From Octopus sinensis (Eukaryota), in contig NC_043008.1 of NCBI RefSeq assembly GCF_006345805.1, positions 32,302,001 to 32,366,000 on the forward strand: a stretch of 64,000 nt of DNA. The letters run 5' to 3'. The translations under genes and the position numbers were made by a program. Below, piece after piece: positions 1-10,521 of this stretch. Each line of letters starts with the position of its first letter. The stretch's first letter is position 1. The notes under the pieces are model-generated. The model was not told where the DNA came from and ran no database searches. It saw only the letters and a list, made by a program, of their open reading frames with translations.

Positions 1-57
1 AGACGCACTGACTTTAATTTGTCTTCACAGTTAATTTTCTCTTGGAAGCTTATTATG

Positions 58-195
58 ACGCGGATATGACTGTGTGGTTAAGAAGTTCATTTTGCAATCA
101 TGTGTTTTCGGGTTTAACTCCACTGTGCAGCACATTGAGCACTGAATGTCTTTTATTATAATCCAGAGCCAATCGATGCTATGTGAGTGAATTGG
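58..195 (+). mobile_element. tRNA-derived SINE head (CORE-like family), degenerate
   Basis: Degenerate match to the cleaner copy at 40455-40625 (gtgtggt.agaag...gggtt.a.tccactg..cagcac.ttg.gca); followed by (TA)n as in other copies. Confidence 0.55.
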
Positions 196-198
196 TAA

Positions 199-206
199 TA
201 TATATA

Positions 207-252
<46 letters not shown>

Positions 253-331
253 ATATATATATACATACATACATACATATATATATATGAATGTATGTAT
301 GTATATATATATCTATATATATATATATATA

Positions 332-380
<49 letters not shown>

Positions 381-455
381 ATATATGTATATATATATAT
401 ATATATGCGTGAGTATGTATATATATATATGTGTGTGTGTGTATATGTATATATA
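199..455. repeat. compound (TA)n/(TACA)n/(TATG)n microsatellite
   Basis: Directly visible. Confidence 0.95.
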
Positions 456-469
456 TATATATGTGTACT

Positions 470-625
470 GGTGTCAGACTGTATCAGCCTTTGTCTTTCC
501 CTTGGTGGCGTAGAGAGGGGAGGCTGATATGCATGTGCGACAACTGGTCTTCCATAAACAACCTTGCCCGGACTTATGCCTCAGAGAATAACTTTCTAGG
601 TGCAATCCCATGGTCATTCATGACC
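470..625 (+). mobile_element. 3' fragment of a second tRNA-derived SINE family
   Basis: 'ctgtatcagcctttgtctttcccttgg...gcaactggtcttccataaacaaccttgcccggac' matches 28855-28985 and 44890-45000. Confidence 0.55.
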
Positions 626-1011
626 GAAGGGTGTTTTTTACTGTTTTTATATATGTCTATATTTTTGGGTTGCCTAAGACAGGATAGGACGATTATCGAA
701 CTGGTGATGCGTACTGTGGCAGAAACACCCATCCACAACTGTTCTCGTATCATTAGGTAATTAGTCTATCCTTTATTAACTTTGAAGAATTCTTGATTCT
801 TGAAATTTTTTCCCATTCTCACAAGGAGCTGGTTTCAACTACCATTTTGCAATTTTAACACATCTTCTAGAAGTAGAGATAATTTTAATAAATAAAGAAT
901 TTATGCTGCATGGTATTTGATATATCTGTATATTAAATATACACATATATAAATATATATGAATTTGTCTATATTCATACATACTTATATATGTATATAT
1001 GTATACACGTA

Positions 1012-1012
<1 letters not shown>

Positions 1013-1110
<98 letters not shown>

Positions 1111-1130
1111 TTATCTATCTATCTATCTCT
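1013..1130. repeat. (TATC)n microsatellite
   Basis: Directly visible. Confidence 0.95.
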
Positions 1131-1332
1131 ATAGGGAGAGTTTACGAAGAAAACAAAAGACGAAAACAGGTGGTGTACAAACAGATGTATTAGTATAACG
1201 CTTAGGAATAGAAAAAGTATTTTACGTTTCGAGCCTGCGCTCTTCTACAGAAAGGGACACAGAAAAAAAAAGGAGAGAAACAAGGAGAGATAAAAGGAGA
1301 GAAAAAATGTGTGTAGTGGCTAACGATCTATC

Positions 1333-1333
<1 letters not shown>
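1131..1333 (-). mobile_element. short PLE-3'-end-derived element carrying a hammerhead-like motif
   Basis: Colinear with 23354-23540 and with the 3' terminus (47980-48188) of the PLE at 46135-48188; its 3' end abuts a microsatellite. Confidence 0.65.
1220..1253 (-). ncRNA. minimal type I hammerhead-like motif (variant core, weak stem I)
   Basis: Minus strand reads UUU-CUGUAGA-A-GAGC(GCAG)GCUC-GAAA-C-GUA-AAA; stem I only 3 bp; U at position 6. Confidence 0.4.
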
Positions 1334-1404
<71 letters not shown>

Positions 1405-1419
1405 GCATATATTTGTATG

Positions 1420-1630
1420 TTTGTGTGTCCGTGTTTGTCCCCTTCGCCACCGCTTCACAACCGATGCCTGTGTGTTTAGGTCCCTGTAACTTAGCGGTTC
1501 GGCAAAAGAGATGATAGAATAAGTACTAGGCTTACAAAGAATAAGTCCTGGAGTCGATTTCTTCAACTGAAACCCTTCAAAGCGGTGCTCCAGCACGGCT
1601 GAAGTCAAATGACTGAAACAAGTAAAAGAA
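1420..1630 (+). mobile_element. SINE 3' module following a (CA)n tract
   Basis: Matches 40845-41060, 43965-44135, 57440-57625 and reverse copies at 38290-38500 and 38625-38830 (gtaacttagcggttcggcaaaagag...gactgaaacaagtaaaaga). Confidence 0.75.
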
Positions 1631-1639
1631 TGAAAGAAT

Positions 1640-1667
1640 ATATATTTATATACACACACACACATAC

Positions 1668-1721
<54 letters not shown>

Positions 1722-1739
1722 GGAAATAGATAGATAGAT

Positions 1740-1823
<84 letters not shown>

Positions 1824-1842
1824 GTAGATTGAATGATAGATA

Positions 1843-1881
<39 letters not shown>

Positions 1882-1970
1882 ATGCACAGATACGCACAGG
1901 CACATAAAAACACACACATACACTCACACACGCACACACATTCACAGACAGACACAGACAGACACATAGC
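1640..1970. repeat. compound (GA)n-(GATA)n-(GATT)n-(CA)n microsatellite
   Basis: Directly visible. Confidence 0.95.
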
Positions 1971-2545
1971 TACAATTTAGATTGTCCACCGAAAATGAAC
2001 CCCAATCACTCTTATCTCGGTAAATAGTCTATGACGTATAAAACCTAATTGATATTGATCACTGAGCTCTGACTCCTTTATCAAAACAAAAACAAAAAAC
2101 AAATACGAAAACAACTAACTCAATAAAAATAAAGTCCAACACACCTGCTCTACGTCTGGTGACCGACCAACGAACTATCGATGTTTTTATTGTACAATCA
2201 ATTGATTTAAGAAAATACTAACAAAGAACGTATTCAGTATTTCATTGTAGACATGCCGTGGTCACTGAAGTAGTATTTATTGAGAAACAAACGAATATTT
2301 GAACGTCGTTTATGAAAATATATCAGAGAAGTTAAATAGCACCAGAGTAGTACATTGTTCATATATGTGTGAATCTGTGTATGTGCGTGCGTGTATGTGC
2401 GTGCGTGTACGTACTAACGTACGTGTGTGTGTGTGTGTGTGTGCGTGAGGGCATGCGTTTGTGTGTGTGTGTGTGTGTGCGTGAGGGCATGTGTTTGTGT
2501 GTATGTGTATATCTATATATATATACGTGTATGTATATTGTCTAC

Positions 2546-2928
2546 TTAAAGGACATAATACATGTCTTTAAGTGCTAATAATAGTTTCATATATTGAGAA
2601 ATATCTCTCCTCAGGCACAAACCACATATCATAACGAACCAAAAAAATTGAATAAGAGAAGTTCGAGAAAACTGAAAAGCCAACATATAGAAAACGCAGA
2701 AGGGGAATAAAATGGAGAACGGAAAACGAAAACTAAAATTTAAACAGTAAAAAGTAAAAAATAAAAAGTAAAAGTAAAAAAGAAAAATTTAGTTTTTTCG
2801 CATTTCTTCTCTTGAATTTTTTTGTAGCACCTTATGATATGTGGTTTGTGCCTGAGGAATATGCTTGAGATATTTCTCAGCTTATGAAACAATCAGTAGC
2901 ACTTAAAGACATGTGTTGTGTCCTTTAA
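2546..2928. mobile_element. Kolobok-like non-autonomous DNA transposon (MITE) with TTAA TSD
   Basis: TTAA|AGGACA...TGTCCT|TTAA termini; about 140-bp imperfect TIRs (e.g. cctcaggcacaaaccacatatcataa / ttatgatatgtggtttgtgcctgagg). Confidence 0.7.
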
Positions 2929-3022
2929 ATAAATAATATTTAGTTCTCACCAGGTGGAGTACTTCTTTTAATCTTCTATCACAGAACAGTGCATTATATA
3001 TATATATATATTATATATATAT

Positions 3023-3084
<62 letters not shown>

Positions 3085-3169
3085 TGAGAAAGAGAGAGAG
3101 AAAGAGAGAGAGAGGGGGAGAGGGAGAGGGAGAAAGTGAGATAGGTAGGGTCATAAACACATACATAAT

Positions 3170-3350
3170 TCGCCATCTGGGATTCTTTTGTGAATAGATG
3201 CACACACTTAGGTGTATGTATCGTCAATTCGCCAAACCAAGCACACAATTACAAACACCGGGAACTCTCTTAACTCAAAAAGTCTTGTTGGTTTGTTAGC
3301 GACCGGCTTGAACTCTCTCACGGAGAACTTAAATAAAACTCAAAGAAAAC
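3170..3350. repeat. dispersed repeat, inverted partner of 17575-17760
   Basis: gtgaatagatgcacacactt...acaaacaccgggaactctcttaact...gttagcgaccggcttgaactc...aaactcaaagaaaa occurs reverse-complemented at 17575-17760. Confidence 0.7.
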
Positions 3351-3417
3351 TTGTCCGTCCCTCCGTACATACGTACAGACATGGTACACTATTGCGAAAG
3401 TCAGAACAATTTAGATG

Positions 3418-3418
3418 A

Positions 3419-3465
<47 letters not shown>

Positions 3466-3516
3466 ATGGTGGTGGTGGTGGTGGTGGTGGTGGTGGTGGT
3501 GGTAGTGGTGGTGGTA
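3418..3516. repeat. (GTA)n-(GGT)n compound trinucleotide repeat
   Basis: Directly visible. Confidence 0.95.
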
Positions 3517-3679
3517 GAATGGGGCATGGCCTGAAACGGCGCATCGCTGCATCCACTGTAGGCGACTCCCAACACCTGGCGGATGATATATTAGTACTAC
3601 TTAGCGACAGCTCGTCAAAAACGGAACCTAAGAATAAAAACAGTTACAAAATTAAGGACACAAGTGACTTGATATAATT

Positions 3680-4076
3680 CTTTTCTACTCTAGGCACAAG
3701 GCCCGAAATTTTGGGGGAGGGGGCCAGTTGATTAGATCGATTCCAGTACGCAACTGGTACGTATTTATCGACCCCGAAAAGATGAAAGGCAAAGTTGACC
3801 TCGGCAGAATTTGAACTCAGAACGTAAAGACAGACGAAATACCTATTTCTTTACTACCCACAAGGAGCTAAACACAGAGGGGACAAACAAGGACAGACAA
3901 ACGGATTAAGTCGATTATATCGACCCCAGTGCGTAACTGGTACTTATTTAATCGACCCCGAAAGGATGAAAAACAAAGTCGACCTCGGCGGAATTTGAAC
4001 TCAGAACGTAGCGGCAGACGAAATACCGCTAAGCATTTCACCCGGCGTGCTAACGTTTCTGCCTGCTCACCGCCTT
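3680..4076 (-). mobile_element. dimeric tRNA-derived SINE with an 18-bp target-site duplication
   Basis: Sense strand: A-box-like tggcagaaacg, B-box gagttcaaattcc, conserved body gcctttcatcctttcggggtcgat; two bodies; flanked by aagtgacttgatataatt at 3662-3679 and 4077-4094. Confidence 0.85.
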
Positions 4077-4100
4077 AAGTGACTTGATATAATTAATATA

Positions 4101-4243
4101 TTGTCTTAATTCCTCATTATCTAACACACTCACCGGTTCGATTTCCACACATTTATTATTTATATATGTTTTCTTCCAGAATTTTTGTTGCTTTTGTGGA
4201 AATCGAAGCGGTGAGTGTGTTAGATAATAAAGCATTAAGACAA
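4101..4243. repeat. fold-back element (48-bp arms, 47-bp spacer), MITE-like
   Basis: ttgtcttaat...ctaacacactcaccggttcgatttccac (4101-4148) pairs with gtggaaatcgaagcggtgagtgtgttagataat...ttaagacaa (4196-4243). Confidence 0.75.
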
Positions 4244-4779
4244 AGTGACTCTCCCCAGACACAACATTATTTGCTTCAACACACGAGTTCACATAAAGAA
4301 CCTTGCAAACCAGACACAAAAACGAACCTAAATATAATTTCAACTTTATACCTAGTATAATTGGAGTGAAAAGATAAGAAACCAACCAGCCTGGATTAAA
4401 ATGTGGCTGAACTCTGATTTTTTGAGAAATACCTTTGCTCCAAAGCTCATACAGAACAAATGATCACATTGAAAATTATCAAGGCATTCCCGAAATTTAA
4501 AAGTCGAAAAGGCTACGCGAAAGATAAGAATAATTGTCATCATGTTAATTTTTTTACTGTTTTCTTACATTCATAATACGTGTGTTTGTGTGTGTATAAA
4601 TTAGAGAAAAACCACTATTATACAATTATTATACAATTCAAACAATGATAGACATAAACCATATCATATAGAAAAAATAAAATATATTATAAAACATATA
4701 ATATATACACTGGTGCATACTAAATTGAATTTTTCCTTGTAAGTTTGTAGGTATACTCCCTAATATCATATATATATAC

Positions 4780-4821
<42 letters not shown>

Positions 4822-5084
4822 AGATAGATACTCGAAAAATGTTTCTGTAGTGGACCAGGCTACAAACCACATAATAAATCAAACCATAGGGGTGTTATGT
4901 TTAGTCTTATGTAGTTCAAATGCAGTAAATCCAAAAATTCAATCAGTGATGATTATTTCATTTGAAGTATATAAAATATAAAGCAAGTCAGGAAGTACGA
5001 AATGAATATATCTATATCACCAATTGATATCCATAAGGTTACGGTCGTTTCGCAGTCAACATTATGGAAGAATAATTTATTTTC

Positions 5085-5525
5085 GTGTATAATAAAGTAT
5101 TTTACATGTCTGCACCAGTTTACATGCTATAAAGTTTCATAGTACCATAGTATATTTTACCACCTAATACAGGTATAGAAGGCTAGCTCATCAGATCCAA
5201 AGAATATCATCTGTCTGTCATACTATACACATTCTACATTTTCACCACCACTGCCCACTGTTTCCTCTTTAATATCTTACTACATATCCTATCCTCCCTT
5301 CTATAAAAAGACTATTTTATTAACTATTGTCTTCCATACATTAAGAATTGAAGATGACATTCTGTTTGTGCATATTGGAGTCGCAAATTCGATGCAACCA
5401 TGTTACTCTTTGGATCTGATGAGCTAGCCTTCTATACCTGTACCAGCCTGTAAAATGTACTATAGCACCATATAATTTTATAACATATACACTAGAGCAG
5501 AAATATAAAATAATTTATTATACAC
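5085..5525. mobile_element. MITE-like element with about 125-bp TIRs
   Basis: 36-bp perfect inverted core tacaggtatagaaggctagctcatcagatccaaaga (5168-5203 vs 5407-5442), extending imperfectly to both ends. Confidence 0.7.
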
Positions 5526-5659
5526 TAGAGTAAATTATTTTTCCATTATGTCTGCAAAACGATCGTAATCTTATGGATATCAACTAGTGAAATAAATATA
5601 TTCATCCTATATTCATCATACATACATACATACATACATACATACATACATACACACAC

Positions 5660-5727
<68 letters not shown>

Positions 5728-5795
5728 TCAAATGGTTCCAGTTCAGTCTCACTGCATGACACTTTAGGCAAGTATCTTCTATACCCTTGGGCCGA

Positions 5796-5995
5796 CCAAG
5801 GTCATAATGCAGCTGGGATAAGCATCAATAAGAGAATGATACCTTACAAGGTCACTACATCACAAGGTCACATGGTTCCATGGCGCAAGGTCATAAAATT
5901 CAAGGCCACAAGACAAAAGTTACAAAGTGCAAGATAATAAAAGTACAATGAAATTGCAAGGTGCAAAGTCATAAAGTCTATTAGGTACAAGGTCA
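5796..5995 (+). repeat. degenerate minisatellite / cluster of CAAGG(T/C)CA motifs
   Basis: CAAGGTCA at about 5797, 5847, 5863, 5886 and 5988; CAAGGCCA at 5901; CAAGGTGC at 5957. Confidence 0.55.
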
Positions 5996-6049
5996 AATTG
6001 TACAAAACTACATATCGCAATGTCGCGAAGTACGATGTCACAAATTTTA

Positions 6050-6470
6050 GAGGGCGAATTCAATAAAATCAACCCTCCAGTAAATGACTGGTTCATATCT
6101 TAAAAACACCTGAAAGTGAAAAAAAAAAGTAAAGATGAGCTCGGCGGGATTGGAATTCAGAGAGTAAGGGGACGTAAATATGTACTGCAAGTCATTTTGC
6201 CCGGAGATCTATTATTTCTGTCAATCCGCCTTCTTTTAAGAAAATTAAATAAGGGCTCCAAATTTTGGCACAAAGTCAGCAATTTTAGAGGATTAAGTCA
6301 ATTAGATCGACCCAGTGCTCAGTTCAACTGGTACAGATTTTATCGACCCAGAAAGAATGAAGGGCAAAGTAGACTTCTGCGAAATTTAGACTAAGAGTAT
6401 AAAGAGCCGGAAGAAATGCTGCTAAGCATTTTGTCCGGTGCGCTAACGATTTTGTCAGCTCGTTACCTAA
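6050..6470 (-). mobile_element. two adjacent diverged SINEs (same family as 3680-4076)
   Basis: Two degenerate bodies ...tcgacccagtgc.caactggtac...tttatcgacccagaaagaatgaagggcaaagt... Confidence 0.7.
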
Positions 6471-8043
6471 TAGGAAGCCAAATAATAGGAATGATTATTC
6501 CCGACAGAGATTCTAGCTGAAAGGACATCCGGTTGCGGATGAGACTCTTAGCATGATAGGATTTAGAAAGTTAAATTTCTCTTAAATTACACTTTATTGC
6601 TCTGAAAAATGGATGCATTGGAAGGTCACGACTGTACCGTCAATTCGTATGGCTCTGCTGGACCACGTTTTAAATAATGAAGTATCACATCAGATAATGT
6701 AATCCTAGATATACCCAACCCAACAATTGATCACCATTAATCATAGGTTTACCCAACTAAGACTGACTTGGGTTAAACAGCAACGACCGGTGTGCGGATT
6801 TAAAACGAACTGTATTGACTGTTAATCTTAAATCACAGCAAGCACTCATCGTTCTATGAAAATAAACTAAATAGATGAAAAGCATTCCCGAAAATCCCGA
6901 AATAATTTTTATTATTTTTGCAACACCTTTTTTGTTTTTCACAATATCTCAAATAGTCAGCAATATTAATATAGAAACGCTCGCAAAAATGTTTACTTTT
7001 ATGAGCTAACTGACAAAAAGTGTAATCAGAATAAAAGAAAATATACAAAAAGAACTACGTTCAACGCGCTGCTACTTTTTTTCTTCTTAGATTTCTTACG
7101 TATGAGGCTATTAAGACACTAAGCAGTTTTGCATCTCTTTCGTCAATATTTTCTCATTCACACTTGTCTCCCAGTTCTTTTGTTGACCGTCTGTTAGTTT
7201 GTGTCCACTGAAAAAGAATCAATCTATCTTCTCAGCCGACGATATTTCTTCCGTCAGTGAGAAAAAAAATAATAAAAGCAAGAAACAAGAAATAAAATGG
7301 AAGAAAAAATATTTCCGATATTTAGTTATATGTTGAGTATTCCCACACTGTGAAGTAAATGTAACAATAAAAAAGAAAAAAAGGAAAACAATAAGTTAAA
7401 ACCCCAAAGAAAACAAAATGGAGGAAGAAGAGTAAAAAGCATTTTGTATCGTCTGTCCTTCATAATCACTTCATTTTTTGTTGATCTGCCCTTAATACTG
7501 GGGTAGTTGCGGACAGTGTGACAATTACTTTTCCGTGTTGACTTTTTACATTGGCTCAATTCAGTGCAATCATCAACGGAAACACACCACGCTAATGACT
7601 CGGTGGAGTAAGATAGCAACCATTTTGTTTACAACACAAACTTGTGGTACAGTGGTATGAACAAACACCCTCAATTGATTTCTACAACTGTGACTTTTTT
7701 TTTTATATTGTCTTTATTTTATTCTTTTCCCTTGATTTCCTTTTTTCCCCTCTCTTTCTTGATTTGCATGCTTTCTCCTTATTTCCTTCTTTTTTTTTGT
7801 ACTTTTACTTTCGCATTATTTGCTTATTCTAACATTTTAAATCAATTCGACTTAAAAAAGTAAAAGACTAAACGTTCATAAACTTTTTAAAAATGATTTT
7901 CAATGATGTTCATTATTTCTCTGTACCATTAATATTTTTTATCATTATTATAAGCAAATAAAGGAAACCACTATTCTTGTTATTAAAAAAATAAATTTAA
8001 AAATCAAATCTGAAGCCATTATCATCGTTGTTGTTACTATTGT

Positions 8044-8465
8044 TGGCGAGTTGGCAGAATTCTTAGCCAGTCGGACATACTGGCTAACAGCATTTCATCT
8101 GAATCATTAGGATCTGAGTTCAGTACCCACCGAGGTCAACTTCGCTTTTCAAAAGAATTCAATAAAAAAAATACTAATCAACTACTGGTGTAAATATAAT
8201 CGACTCGCCCCTCACCGCAAAACTGTTGGCTTTATGCTTAAATCAGAGATTGCTGCTGTTAGTGACGAAATGGTAGAATCGTTAACGAGTTGTACAGAAT
8301 GGTTATTATATCTTCTGGTTATTTACGTTATGAGTTCAAGCCCAACCGAAGTCTGATAACTATCTCATTTGTTCCTCTGAGTGTGATAAAATGGATACTA
8401 GACAAATACTGCTGTCGATAGTATCAACTTGCCTCACAGTCTAAAATTGGTGGCCTTGAGCCAAA
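8044..8465 (+). mobile_element. two adjacent diverged SINEs (same family)
   Basis: ggcgagttggcagaat...ctgagttca...gaggtcaacttcgcttttc and a second, more degenerate copy. Confidence 0.6.
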
Positions 8466-8484
8466 ATTATTGTTTTTATACCGA

Positions 8485-8670
8485 AATGTTGGGGGAGGCG
8501 CCAGTCGATTAGATCAGCCCCAGTACGCAACTGGTACTTAATTTATCCATTCCGAAATGATGAAAGGCAAAGTCGACCTCAACGGAATTTGAACTCAGAA
8601 CGTAAAGATAGACGAAATACAGTGAAGCATTTCTCCCGGCGTGCTAACGTTTCTACCAGCTCGCCGCCTT
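8485..8670 (-). mobile_element. tRNA-derived SINE monomer
   Basis: Close match to the family consensus, including A and B boxes. Confidence 0.8.
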
Positions 8671-8684
8671 TTGATCCAAAATTA

Positions 8685-8735
8685 TTATTATTATTGTCTC
8701 AGGCTTTATTGTTTGAGCCAACATTATTATTATTA

Positions 8736-8781
<46 letters not shown>

Positions 8782-8790
8782 CATCATCAT
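8685..8790. repeat. (ATT)n/(ATC)n microsatellite
   Basis: Directly visible. Confidence 0.9.
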
Positions 8791-9134
8791 CTCAGGTTTT
8801 ATTGTGACTCCTGGAGTCTTGCATGTGTAGCGAGCATGCTGCCTGCAGCCTGCGGTACCATACTATCCGTTTTTTTTTCAACTGTCTGATACTTTCTTGA
8901 TTATTCTGGCCGTGCCAAGGAGGCAAGCCTTTTGTAACAATGCTACTGGGAACTCTATTCCGATTTCCTTTATTTTTCCCTTGATGCTCTCTCATATTGT
9001 CCCCAAGCACCCAACGATAATTGGCACAATCTTCACGTTCTTCATTTTCCATAGTCGGGCTATTTCGTTCTTAAGAGGGTTGTACGTATATATTTTTCGC
9101 CTTCTTTCTTGGCTATTCGTGAGTCAAAAGAGCA

Positions 9135-9425
9135 CGTAACATCAACTATATAGCATATGTGGTGCATCTTGTCGATCACCACTAGGTCCGGTCTGTTATG
9201 CTCTAGCACCTGATCTATTTGGATTGGGAAATCCCAATGGATCTTGCAGGTCTTGACTCCGCCACTCTCTGCAGTTTGTACTCATACCAGGTCTTGCCTC
9301 TCTCTAGACCTCACTTTTCGCACAGTTTCCAATGTAATACTTCCGCTACCTCATCGTGTCGTCACAACTTGTAGTGATTTGGGGCAAGTCTAGGGCATTC
9401 CTTCGCGATATGGGCAATGGCCTCG
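9135..9425 (-). pseudogene. fragment of an R4/Dong-like non-LTR retrotransposon (Zn knuckle + restriction-like endonuclease)
   Basis: Minus-strand translation AHIAKECPRLAPNHYKL*RHDEVAEVLHWKLCEK*GL...WYEY...IHWDFPIQIDQVLEHNRPDLVVIDKMHHICYIVDV: the CCHC remnant, RHD motif and PD..D RLE signature. Confidence 0.75.
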
Positions 9426-9625
9426 TCCAAGGCTGCGAGCTGGTAGAATCGTGAGTATGCCGGTCAAAATGCTTAGCAATATTTTCTCCATCTTTATATT
9501 CTGCCGAGGTCGACGTTAGCTTTCATCCTTTCGGGGCCGATAAAATAAATACCTGTTGAGTACTGGGGTCAATGTAATTGACTATCACCCTCCTCCAAAT
9601 TTCAGGCCTTGTGCCTTTACTAGAA
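9425..9625 (+). mobile_element. tRNA-derived SINE monomer (internally deleted)
   Basis: gcgagctggtagaatcg...gccgaggtcgac...ctttcatcctttcggggccgataaaataa...tttcaggccttgtgcc. Confidence 0.75.
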
Positions 9626-9628
9626 AGG

Positions 9629-9690
<62 letters not shown>

Positions 9691-9724
9691 CATCATCATC
9701 ATCATCATTATTATTATCATTGAT

Positions 9725-10185
9725 TGAGAGAGCAGTGCATGCCATCAAAGTGACACTGAGGTAAAATATACGAAGCCCAGTATACCCATCATGACTACCT
9801 GTCTGATAAGGTACATTAGGCACAGGAATCACAACCATGTGCGCGCGACATGGTAATCTCATATCAAGATAAAGAGCGCATGACCTTGCAGGTGGGGCCC
9901 AGTTAGAATTTTCTTCTGGTCGAGTAGCCCATCCCGCTCAAAAGGTCCCTGAAATAGGGTTGTTTAAGGATGTTGAACGAAACACCCATGTTTCCAGAGT
10001 TGAATTATTCAAACCTCCAAGAATTCCTTTCAACACATGGCTATGATGCTCCCCCACTAGTTCTGCTCGTGGTCAGAGATGCACATATCATCAGCCACTA
10101 AGGGACATGCTCAACTGCTTAAGGTAAAAAAACTAACAAGCAAATCCGTGGTATTGAGCAGTATGTTTGCCATCTTTATACCGAG

Positions 10186-10245
<60 letters not shown>

Positions 10246-10310
10246 ATAACACTTCCAATCAGTTAAGATCGGAAGCCAGAGAACCACTGCTTGATACTGC
10301 ACCAGGGCAT
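9725..10310. repeat. dispersed interspersed repeat of unknown class
   Basis: Segment caacacatggctatgatgctccccca...ctgctcgtg.tcag.gatg.acatat recurs at 20325-20500. Confidence 0.6.
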
Positions 10311-10315
10311 GCATT

Positions 10316-10347
<32 letters not shown>

Positions 10348-10521
10348 GATAATAGTTATTACTACTACTACTACTACTACTACCACTACTCTACTACTAA
10401 CTACTACTACTACTACTACTACTACTTATTAATTATTATTATTATTATTATTATCATTATTATTATTTTTTTTCTTTTTTAAAATAATATAATAATAAAT
10501 TGTGTACAGTGCTCAGGTGCA

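Noticed and set aside
31-1967. Many ORF-track entries with YIYI/MYVC/LSIY/HTHT repeats, here and throughout the window
   Set aside because: Translations of di-, tri- and tetranucleotide microsatellites; no coding evidence
5417-5445. CTGATGAG in the MITE TIR
   Set aside because: No stem II or downstream GAAA; not a hammerhead
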